In this document: one piece after another, positions 52,771-64,000 of the stretch
Numbering within the stretch: position 1 is the first letter of the stretch
Layout: each line of letters starts with the position of its first letter
Assembly (NCBI GenBank): GCA_951406725.2
Contig: OX597816.1
Location: forward strand, 66,650,001-66,714,000
Length of the DNA: 64,000 bases
From: Octopus vulgaris
Lineage: Eukaryota
Direction: 5' to 3'
Notes under the pieces: generated by a model
The model's database searches: none
What the model was told of the DNA's origin: nothing
What the model saw: the letters and a program-made list of their open reading frames with translations, nothing else
Made by a program: the position numbers and the translations under genes

Positions 52771-54418
52771 CCTTCAAATATTCCTCATGTACCTGAGCTA
52801 TATATACATTTGTCTGAGCTATGCTAGCATAAATTCTCAGATGTAAAATTGAATGAACAAATCTTAAATATTTAGGGAGGTATGGCTGTGTGGTACCATT
52901 TGAGGTAAGAGGCTTAGTGTCTCATTGTAAGGACCTTGAGCCCAAAAGAAATATTGGTAAGAGGTTTATTGCTGCAAATTGTAAGTTCACAAAAGAACAA
53001 TGTTTTAGAGAAGCAAAGATCGGTGGGCGACTTTTGTTTTCTCTCATTAATATCATCCTGTTCATCATTCATCTCATCTCATTAATGTCTTTGTCCAGCC
53101 CGCAGCTTCTTCATCGGCCTTCATAGCCAATTTAATGAAATAAAGAAGTTTGCTCCCCAACCACATGGTTCCAGGTTCAGTCCCACTGCATGGCATTTTG
53201 GGCAAGTGTCTTCTGCTAGAGCCTTGGGCCAACCAAAGCCTTGTGAGTGGATTTAGTAGATGGAAACTGAAAGAAGTCCATCATATATATATATATATGC
53301 ATACATGTATGTGTGTGTCTTTGTGTCTGTCCTCCCCACCACTGCTTGACAACTGGTAGTGGTTTGGTTACGTTCCTGTTACTTAGTGGTTCAGCAAAAG
53401 AGACTGATAGAAAAAGTACTAGGCTTAAAAAAAAAAAAGTACTGGAGTTGATTCATTTCACTAAAGCTTCTTCAAGGCAGTGCCCCAGCATGGCCACAGT
53501 CTAATAACTGAAAAAGTAAAAGATACAACTCCATAAATGTATTTAGAAATGGAAAAAATTTAGTCAAATAAAATTGCAAACTTCAGCCCCTTCTTTCTCT
53601 CTTTCAGTCCCTCATGTACATATGAAATGTCAATTTGTCTCCTGTGGAGCTAATTATCACTCAACATAATGAAATTTAAGACTTGACAGTGCTGGGTATT
53701 GAACCCTTTTAAATGAGAGCGGGAGCAAGCAAACTAGATTCACATTTTGCAGCATTAAATTGTAAATTAGCTGCAGAAAATCCAAAGCGGATAAGTGGTC
53801 ATTAAGTAAAAGTAAGAGTTGAGAAACCAGCAAATAATTTAAGGAATTTCTGGCTTGGATGGCTTTGAGTATTTTAAATTGTTTCTAATCAGTCTATTTT
53901 CAGCCGAAATAACACGATAATGATTATGAAAATAACAACAGCAACAACAAATAACTAAATTGAATGAAGTCAAGTTCACTTTCTCTACCAACATACCAGA
54001 ACTTAAAAAGGTATAAAGGTTATAACCTAAAATGAGCAAGAGGACACATGTTTAACACACTTCCACAATATTCAGATAGGAAATGTTTCGGGAAATTTTT
54101 TTTAGAAAGGATTAAATGGGTGAAAAGGGAAGTAGAGTCTAGGGTGTAAACCATTTCAAGTATCCAGCAACAGGAGCCATTTGCCTGAAGAATAGTATTC
54201 GGCATCAGTCAAGCGTACAGTCTATAATCAACGTGATTAGAAGGAATTATGGTAAACATTCCAGAAATGGCAAAATAGTGCAATGTTGTCCAATCAGTCA
54301 TAGTTAGTACAGAAAAAAGAAAAATCAAAGCAATGAATAAATAAATGCTGGAAATGAATTGAAGTGGATTTGTAGCAAGGTTCAGTTTCTGCCATTTCCT
54401 TTTCAATTCTTTTATTAA

Positions 54419-54638
54419 CCCTTTCTTTACCGTATTTATTTTGAGCTGCTCTGTGTTTCTTTCAATTACTTTAAATACAACAAAGAATTTACTAAAATAT
54501 CTTAGTTATCATTCAGCTAGTGTTAGGAACATAAGTTGTGACCAAGGTTTGGTGGAAGATTTTAATTCAAAACTTATGAAAACAAGACATTTCTACTCAG
54601 AACCAGAGCCGGTTTCAGCCGGGTTGGTAACGAAAGGG
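54419..54638. mobile_element. piggyBac-like MITE (TTAA TSD, CCC termini)
   Basis: TTAA-ccctttctttacc ... ggtaacgaaaggg-TTAA. A related sequence lies at about 60890-61087. Confidence 0.8.
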
Positions 54639-55126
54639 TTAATTTCAGCCTCTGGACTGCAAACCATATGAGGGCACTGGATTTAAAGGTTATGGAAACA
54701 AGACATTTCTACTCAGAGCCAGAGCCGGTTTCAGCCGGGTTGGTAATGAAAGGGTTAATTTCAGTCTCTGGACTGCAACCATATGAGGACATTGGATCTA
54801 AAGGTTTTGCTAATCCCAATATTTTATCAATCACTATGTGTTGAACCTTTAGGTTTAAGTGACATAAAAGTTCATGGCTGTGTGGTTAAGAAGCTTGCTT
54901 TGCAACCATGGCCTTTTGGGTTCAGTCCTCAATGCACAGCACGTTGGGCAAGTATCTTCTATCATAGCCCAGGGCCAACCAATACCTTGTGAATTTGGTG
55001 CATTGGAACTCAGCATAAGCCTGTTGTACGTGTGTGTGTGTTTTCATGTTTATTCCTCCACTACCACTGCTTGGCAACCAGTGCTGGTTTGTTTACAACC
55101 CTGTAACTTAGCAGTTCAACAAACGA

Positions 55127-55480
55127 ACCACATGGTTCCGGGTTCAGTCCCACTGCGTGGCACCTCAGGCAGGTGTCTTCTACTATAGCCTCGGGTTGAC
55201 CAAAGCCTTGCGAGCGGATTTGGTAGACGGAAACTAAAAGAAGCCTGTCATATATATGTATATATATAAATGTGTGCATGTGTGTATATGTTTGTCCCCC
55301 CAACATCGCTTTAGAACCTATGCTGGTGTGTTTACATCCCCGTAACTTAGCGGTTTGGCAAAAGAGACTGATAGAATAAGTACTAGGCTTACAAAGAATA
55401 AGTCCTGGGGTCGATTTGCTCGACTAAAGGCAGTGCTCCAGCATGGCCATAGTCAAATGACTGAAACAGGTAAAAGAGTA
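55127..55480 (+). mobile_element. SINE family A joined directly to an older family A copy (54875-55126)
   Basis: Family A body and tail. Confidence 0.85.
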
Positions 55481-55894
55481 TATCTGATTACACCAGCCAT
55501 TTCTCTTTATTGGCCGTTTTTGTGATGATGCCTTCTTAATGGCATGGCAAGTTATGGACACATTAACTCTCATTCTCTCAGCTTGTAAAATCAGTGGGGT
55601 TTATCACCTAATAATTAGGGAAGGTCTAGTAATTGACTAATTATTGCACTAGTGATTAGAATAATTAAATAGTTAGCCTTTTTATTTCCCAAAGGCATCG
55701 TTTATTTTGGTGTCATTGAACAATGTCCTATGTTAATCATGAAAAACAAACAAATTCTTAATAATACAATAAGTCTAGCCAATAAAGGAGACACTACATG
55801 ACAGCATGGCATATTAGAAATAGCAACCAAATCCCCCTCAAATTACAGCCCACATGAAGAGAGAAGATATACAGGATGATCAATAGAACATAAG

Positions 55895-56012
55895 CAAAAA
55901 AATGCTTAGCGGAATTTATTTTAACGTTCTGTGTTCAAATTCCACCATGGTTGACTTTGCCTTTCATCCTTTCATCTCAAAATTCCAGGCCTTGTGCCAA
56001 AATTTGCAACAA

Positions 56013-56052
<40 letters not shown>

Positions 56053-56775
56053 CATCATTAAGGTGGTGAGTTGGTAAAATTGTTAGAACGTAAAGCTGTA
56101 CCAAATACTTTCATCCTTTTGGGGTCAATTAAATAAGTACCAGTGAAACACCAGTATTGATATAAGCAACTTACCCTCCCCACAAATTTCAGGCCTTGTA
56201 CCTATTGTAGAAAGGATTATTATTATTATTATTACTACTACTACTACTAAGGTGGTGAGCTGGCAGAATTGTTAGCATGTTGGATGAAATACTTAACAGT
56301 TTTTTGCCTGTTGTTTCGTTCTGAGTTCAAATTCCACCGAGGTTGACTTTGTTATGAGCAGCAAGAAGACAAAATCATTAGCAGCATTTCATTCTTCTTT
56401 ACATTCTGAGCTAAAATTTTGCTGAGGTCAACTTTCCCTTTTATCATTTCAGGGTTGATAAAAGTACCAGTCATGTATTTAGGTTGATAAAACCGATTAG
56501 CCCCTCCTCCAAATTTCAGGCCTTGTGCCTATAGTAGAAAGAATTATTATTACTATCTAAGTTGGCAAGCAGACAAAATTGTTAGTATGTCAGATAAAAT
56601 GCTTATTGGTATTTCTTCTGCTTTTTATGTTTTGAGTTCAGATTCCGATTTGATGAAAATCATCCTTTCACGGTTGATAAAATAAGTAACAGTTAAGCTT
56701 TGGGGTTGATGTAATTGCTAACATCCCCTTCAAAATTTTAGGCCTCAAGCCTATAGGAGAAAAGAACTATTATTA
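55895..56775 (+). repeat. Head-to-tail array of about 5 degenerate SINE B-related units separated by (ATT)n
   Basis: Repeated taaggtggtgagctggcagaa...aaatttcaggccttgtgcctat units. Confidence 0.8.
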
Positions 56776-58084
56776 TTTGGATGGTATGAATTATTGAAGG
56801 TTAGCGGGTGGTAGAAAGAGGCCTTGTAGATGTTACAAAAGATATATAAAAGTGACAACTTCAAAAATTGAAGTCTATCTTTGAAAATACCATTTACTAA
56901 TTATGCAAGCAACTTTTCTTTGAATACAAATTTACTTTTTTTTTATGCTATGGCAAATCTGAGTTTATTAAAGTTAAAGTTTAATACATTTTATATATGG
57001 AAGACATGTTCTAATATTCTGTTGTGTCTGGGGAGAGTCATTTTCTTTTTGTGCCTTATAATTTAACACATTCACCGGTAAAATTTCCACTTATTTCTTA
57101 TTTTTATTCTTCTAAAATTTTTGTTGCGTCTTGCAACCTTTTCAATAGAATTGACTCTGTCTGTTATTTACACTGTGTTCCTTTTTGTTTGTTTGTGTGC
57201 ATGTGTGTGTGTGCCTTGCATGCATGTAGGTATGTATGCATGTGTGTGTATGTATACATGTGTATGTATGCATATGTATATATGTATGTGTGTGCATCTG
57301 TATGTATGTATTCTGCATGTCTGTTTTTGTGTATTTTCTATGTATGTATGTGTGTGAGTGTGTGTTTGTATATGTATGCACCTCTGCCTCCTTGTGTGTG
57401 CATGTGTGCGTGTGTGTGTGTGTGTGTGTGTTTTGCAACTATGTACCATGTTTGTATGTATGGATGTGCCTCTCTATATGTGTGGACCCGTGTCTCCATA
57501 TGTGTCCTTGTGTGGCATAAAGTGTGTGTGTATATATATGATCATGTGTGTCAGTCTCCATTTGCATATGTGTGCTTGTCTGTTCATATAACCTATGTAC
57601 CTATCCATCTGATCTACATAAAATCAAAACTAAAAGCCAATACGAGAGAGATGTATGATGATATAAGGCAGTGAAATATGAATGGTGAACAAAACAAAGT
57701 ACAAAAATAACTTAAATTATTTTGTTTCTTCTCTTAAACACCACAAGTTTTCTATAGGCTTAGAACCTTGCTAAAAGGACATATGTGATTCCTATTCTCT
57801 TTAAAACTAATAGCTGAGACCCTGCATTGCTCTGACTCATAAAACAATGTCAATGTAAGGTAACACCTCACTAAATAATTGCTGATTACAGTAAAATTTT
57901 ATATTCTGGCTGATCAGTCGTTGAATTAAACAAAGAGCTGTGATTACAGGATTAAACTGACGTGTTTGCTTTGTTTTCAGTTATCCTTTTCCCTTTCAAT
58001 CCTCAGTGCCTTAAAAACACCCTACCTTTAGGCTATAAGGGAAACCCTAAAGGACACATATGATGCACTAGCATTAAATCAAGA

Positions 58085-58116
<32 letters not shown>

Positions 58117-58434
58117 GTGGGAGAGCATCATAGCCGTGTGTTGAAAGGAATTCTTGGAGGTTTAGATAATTCACCTTTGAAAACATGGGTGGTTCGTTTA
58201 ACATCCTTAAACAATCCTTATTCAGGGACCTTTTGAGTGGGATGGGTTACTCGACCAGAAGAAAATTCTAACTGGGCCCCACCTGCAAGGTCATGTGCTG
58301 TTTATCTTGACATGAGATCACCATGTCGTGCACATATGGTTGTGATGCATGAGCCTGATGTACCCTTATCAGATGGGTAGTCATGATGGGTATACTGGGC
58401 TTTGTATATATGACCCCAGTGTCACTTTGATGGC

Positions 58435-58900
58435 ATGCCGGGCGAAATGCTTAGCGGTATTTCGTCTGCCATTACGTTCTGAGTTCAAATTCCGCTGAGG
58501 TCGACTTTGCCTTTCATACTTTCAGGGTCAATAAATTAAGTACCATTTACACACTGGGGTCAATGTAATTGACTTACTCCCTTTGTCTGTCCTTGTTTGT
58601 CCCCTCTATGTTTAGCCCCTTGTGGGCAATAAAGAAATAAGAAATGTTAGCACACCGGGCGAAATGCTTAGCAGTATTTCATCTGCCATTACGTTCTGAG
58701 TTCAAATTTTGCCAATGTCGACTTTGCCTTTCATCCGTTCAGGGTCAATAAATTAAGTACCATTTACGCACTGGGGTTGATGTAATCCCTTTGTCTGTCC
58801 TTGTTTGTCCCCTTGTGGGCAATAAAGAAATAAGAAACATGGATGAAGTGCTGATAAGCATTTTGCCTAGCGTACTAATAATTCTACCAATTCGCTGCCT
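58435..58900 (+). repeat. Tandem SINE B multimer
   Basis: Two to three units linked by aaagaaataagaaa. Confidence 0.85.
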
Positions 58901-60076
58901 TAATAATAAAAATAGTAATAATAATACCATTGAATCTGAAAAAACATCTGAAAACTTTAGAAATACCCTACAATCTAGGTGTATTGCAAAAGTCAGCATT
59001 ACTTGGAATTATACGCATATTGCATAAAGTACTATCTGTCTGAGGTCCTTGTTGTGATTTGACAAACAGTACAAGCCCCACCAGTAGACACAATATTTTC
59101 AATCAACAACCTCACAATATTGTATACTGGCCAGTGTCTATAATAATAATAATTCTTTCTACTGAAAGCACAAGGTCTCAAATTTGGGGCAGGGATTAAG
59201 TGAATCATATCGACCCCAGTGTTCAACTGGTACTTATTTAATCGACCCCCACCGAAAGGATGACAGGCAAAGTTGAACTTGGTGGAATTTGAACTCAGAA
59301 CGTAGTGGCAGACTAAATACCGCCAAGCATTTCGCTCGATGTGCTAAAGATTTTACCACCTCACCACCTTAATAATAATAATAATAATAAGAAGAAAAAT
59401 AATAATAATCGTTTAACAATAATAGTAATAATAATAATAACAATAATAATAAAGACAATGGGTACAATACTTAAAGCAGATGTTATCAGCTAAAATTAGT
59501 CATGAAAGGCTGAAGTATTTCACTATTTTTAATAGTAGTATTAGAGAGAAGATTCAACAACAAAACTAAGAACTAAAGTAGAACATAACCTAAAGCAAAA
59601 AGCCAACAAGAATTCATTCATAGTAATGGTTATGATTAAAAATATAAAAATTAAGACATTTTGAAAGTGACAATAAGTCTTGACCTTAAAGTCTTACACC
59701 CCCTTTCCCAAGTTTTATTATTTTTTTAAAACTCTTTTTACCACCTCTTTCCTATTACTATAATAACTATTGCTATTATTAATCCAAAGCTATGACATAA
59801 TTTAGTATGACTTGTTGGGCAAGTAAAAATACAATCGGGCGGATAATAACACTGAAATGGAGGGCCAGAATGTCACACGAAAGCACTTGCCAATAATGCA
59901 GTGGAATTTTAAAACTGATAATTATAGATATTAAAATAAATGAAAAGAGTCTTCTTCAAGAAGAGAAATAAAGTAACACCTGACTTGTCTCCTCCACAAA
60001 CCTCAACAATTTCGAGTGTGAACAGAAAATACAACATAACGTAAAACCTAAAATAACATTAGGTAAATATAACCAG

Positions 60077-60318
60077 TGGAGGTGCGTGGCTTAGTGGTTA
60101 GGGTGTCAGCACCATGATCGTAAGATTGTGGTTTCGATTCCTGGATTGGGCGACGCGTTGTGTTCTTGAGCAAAACACTTCATTTTACGTTGCTCCTGTC
60201 CACTCAGCTGGCAAAAATGAGTAACGCTGCAATGGACTGGCGTCCCGTCCAGCTGGGGAACATATACGCCACTGAAACCGTGCCCATGAGCCTGGCTAGG
60301 CTTTAAAAGGGCGCATTT
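60077..60318 (+). mobile_element. tRNA-head SINE with CORE-like and V-domain-like segments
   Basis: A/B boxes, ttgtgttcttgagcaaaacactt, then ctgcaatggactggcgtcccgtccag, which resembles the V-SINE domain. Confidence 0.7.
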
Positions 60319-60653
60319 GTTTATTATTTTAAATATAACCAGGTTTTACTCGTTTCCTCTAATATATTTTTTTTATCCCAACATACATTTCATTTGAATG
60401 TGTTTTCTTCTTCTTTTAGTTTAGAAGTTTATATTTTTGAAATGCGCTGCTTAGAAAAGGAACAAGCATTGATAATATTTTGTGCTATTAGCCACAGTAT
60501 GTTTCTATCTGAACTTGTCACTTTGAATTTCTTTTTCCTCCAAGAATTTTACTGTAACAATATCTTCTGAAAAGGATCCTATTTAGGGCCAAAATTATTG
60601 AAATGGTGCATAAATGAAGATTTACACACTACTTCTTACACCGAAATCCTTAA

Positions 60654-60869
60654 CCATTTAGCATTTAAACTGGCCATATCCAACTCAAATATTCTGTTTT
60701 ATGTTCAAACCAGTTAGATCTGGTTTCACACACCTATTTTACAGTATCATTCTAAAATTATACAATCACATAATCAAAATCTCAAAGCTACAAGATAATG
60801 CATGATTAATACAAATTAATGCAAATAAATAAGCATTACATTTGACAGAGTAAGTTGAATGTTAAAGAG
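60654..60869. mobile_element. piggyBac-like MITE, diverged
   Basis: TTAA-ccatttagcatt ... aatgttaaagag-TTAA. Confidence 0.6.
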
Positions 60870-61089
60870 TTAATGAGGAAATTTTTGCACAAACCACTTT
60901 TCTGATACGCAACCTGCCTGAAAGTGCTGGTTTCATGATACAAATTGCCTGTTTTTAAGTGATCTAAATTAAAAACTTCCACCAGAATTTTATGCTAATT
61001 AAAGTTCCAAATACCAGCTTAATAATGACAAAGTTACTTTTATTAAAACCTTCATTATTCTCAAAATTAATTGCAACAAAAGCAGTGTA

Positions 61090-61700
61090 TAGGCGTAGGA
61101 GTGGCTGTGTGGTAAGTAGCTTGCTTACCAACCACATGGTTCCGGGTTCAGTCTCACTGTGTGGCACCTTGGGCAAGTGTCTTCTACTATAGCCTCGGGC
61201 TGACCAAAGCCTTGTGAGTGGATTTGGTAGACAGAAACTGAAAGAAGCTCGTAGTATATATATGTATGTATGTATGTGCCGGTGGCACATAAAAAGTACC
61301 CACTACACTCATGGAGTGGTTGGCGTTAGGAAGGGCATCCAGCTGTAGAAATACTGCTAGATCAGTCTGGAGCCTGGTGCAGCCTCCTGGCTTCCCAGAC
61401 CCCGGTCGAACTGTCCAACCCATGCTAGCATGGAAAATGGACGTTAAATGATGATGATGATAATAATGATGTGTGTGTGTATATGTTAGTGTGTCTGTGT
61501 TTGTCCCCCCCCCCCAACATTGCTTGACAACCGATGCTGGTGTGTTTACATCCCTGGAACTTAGCAGTTCGGCAAAAGAGAACATAAGAATGTACTAGGC
61601 TTACAAAGAATAAGCCTTGGGGTCGATTTGCTCGACTAAAAGCAGTGCTCCAGCATGGCCACAGTCAAATGACTGAAACAAGTTAAAGAGAAAAAGAGTA
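61090..61700 (+). mobile_element. SINE family A with a family C element nested in its central microsatellite (61277-61470)
   Basis: The family A 5' and 3' halves flank an intact family C 3' region with a (gat)n tail. Confidence 0.88.
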
Positions 61701-63889
61701 CTGCAAGCATACAAACACACAAACATGAATACAAATTAATACACCATGCAACAATTATACATTCACGTGCCTCAGACTGCCTTCACTCAGAAAAGAAAGT
61801 CTTATAACTTTCTTAGCAACTAGCTTGTATTCTATGGAGAGAAAAAAACTTAAATTTCAAGAATAGAACACACGTACACACATGCATATACACAGACTCA
61901 TACACAAAAGCAAGGTCAAGTCAGACAAGTGCATAGTATGAGTAATCTATTAGAAATTTCATTAATATTCACAAAAATATAATTCAGGTGTTGCTTAAAA
62001 ATAATGATAAAACCTGTTGATAATTAACATGGTGAAAAGATCACTAAGATCCTGTTTCATTTCATATCCCTACAAGTATTGAAATATTTGGTGTGAGTGC
62101 ATTGGGCAGCCTCTCCTTGCACCCTTTAAACTCATGATTTGCTGAAAGGCAAATGGGATATAAATATTTCCACTAGATGTTGCTAGTCTTATTCACAACA
62201 GATCATTTTTTAAAATCTGTTTTAATTTCATGAGAACCACTGTAAAATAGCAAAACAATATAGATTTGACTTACATAACTAGCTGCACTTAATCAGTGTG
62301 GAATCAGCAGTCTTGCAATAGATAAACTTTTAAAATTGAAACAGTTTAATATCAGTCTCACAAGATTTTGAGTTTAAAAAAAAAAAACAAAACATTTTCA
62401 TAGATTGTTTGTATTATACAAAACGGATAACAGATTCAATGAAAATTTATGATTGTGTTCTTTCAATATGATTCCCAATGATTTGCTTAAAACTAAAAAT
62501 AATGTTGGAAGTGGTTATTTAAAAGAACAAAAATTAATTCATTTCACAAGAATCCACTTTGTACAAATTTGTGTGTACAAAGTCGCTCAACCTGCTAACA
62601 TTAACAACCAAATCTTCTTCAAATTACATACCACAAAAAAGAAGAAAAGAAAAAAGATATAGACATTAGGAAATGTCCTAAATATACAATGCTCAGGCAG
62701 AAGATAAGTTGGTTAAAACATGAATGCTAGTCAAAAGGATAACATCTGTAGGTGACTTAGAGCCAAGTGACAAAATCATCTTGGCAATATCAAGACTTTT
62801 GAATTCCAGTGGTTGTTTTAGCACAAAGAATGCTTACTGATACAAATATAGTTTTAACATTTTTTTCTTTCATCCTCCCATCTTTACGTCCTGAGTTCAA
62901 ATTCTGTTGAGGTTGACTTTGCCTTTTATCTCTTTGGGTTCAACAAAATAAGTGCCAGCTGAACTCTGGGGTTGATGTAATTGGGCTTATCCCCTCTCCC
63001 AAAATTGTTGGCCCTGTGCCAAAATTTGTAATCAATATTTTTTTATTTTATTCAAGTCAAGATTTCAACAAGTTTTGGAGTTCATTTTGCATGCTCTTTT
63101 ACTTGTCTTTTCCCCCATCTTATTCTTTCCTTGCTTATCTATTTTTATATTTCTACCAGTTAATAGTTGCTGCACACATAAATCTCATTCTGATTAAAAT
63201 ATTACAAATCTGCTGCCATTTTTAAGTCTTTGTTGGTTATCAACTTCGAAAAATATAACAAAATTAAACTTGCATACCTGATCTGGCTAAATTTAGACTT
63301 TCCTACAAACTGTTATATTTTTTCCTTATCCTTTAATTATCATGGATTTTGAAGTATTTTCATGAAAAATATTTTTTTCAATTTGTTTCTTGTATCTAAA
63401 CAAATTTCATAGTTACTTTCATCATTTTGTAATTGTTTCCTCTATTCTTGTCAAATTTCTGTTTATTTTGATGTTTGTATAGCAGGATATTTCACTTTTC
63501 TTACCTGTACCTTTCTTCTCCTTGTTTATATATTGAACATAGTGTTTTGTCACCAGAGTAATTGCAAAACCAGATGGATAGTCAAATATTTGCAATGCCA
63601 CAACAAAGTAACAATCCAATGACTGAAACCAGTGCAAGAGTGTACACCAATGCTTTAACACCCACTTTTCCATGCTTGACAGGATTGATGGATGGAATTT
63701 TATTGAGGCAGATTTTCTATGGCTGGATGCCCTTCTTGTCATCAACTCTGACCTGTTTCCAACTAAGGCCAAATATATTTCACAGAAGACTGGAAATGAA
63801 CAAATTCACTTATATGACAATGCTACTCATTTACAACCATCATGTAATGTCTAGACAAGGGCACACACAAAATGCACACACACACACAT

Positions 63890-64000
63890 GATGGGTTTCT
63901 TTCAGTTTCCATCAATCAAATCCTCTCACAAGGCTTTGGTCAGCCTGAGGTTATAGTAGAAGACACTTGCCTAAGGTGCAGTGCAGTGGAACTGAATCCA
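63890..64000 (-). mobile_element. SINE family A 5' half, cut by the window edge
   Basis: ttcagtttcc..cacaaggctttggtc..agacacttgcc. Confidence 0.85.

Noticed and set aside
63270-63600. Minus-strand donors CAG|GTAAG (about 63503) and CAG|GTATGC (about 63276) as exon ends
   Set aside because: No convincing acceptor or recognisable coding frame. Such motifs occur by chance in 64 kb.

Overview
This is AT-rich, microsatellite-rich eukaryotic DNA made up mostly of transposable elements. The SINE families, the (TA)n/(CA)n load and the repeat mix suggest a coleoid cephalopod, probably Octopus (inference, not proven). No complete host protein-coding gene is recognisable, only a few weak candidate exons, and most of the ORF track is repeat-derived noise. 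Supported content: (1) a near full-length, disrupted 4.1 kb CR1/L2-group LINE (43052-47168, minus) with APE and RT in ORF2 and an unusual ORF1 (Myb/SANT-like N-terminus plus CCCH zinc finger); (2) dozens of tRNA-derived SINEs of several modular families, some sharing the LINE's 3' double stem-loop; (3) Penelope-like elements in (TA)n tracts, some of them inverted repeats, carrying minimal hammerhead ribozyme motifs whose 3-8 core pair covaries (C-G, U-A, G-C); (4) nested Mutator-like MITEs with TSDs, Tc1/mariner, pogo/Tigger, piggyBac-like and Helitron non-autonomous elements, and RTE/CR1 fragments. All coordinates were read by eye. Element boundaries are approximate unless a TSD or TIR is quoted.
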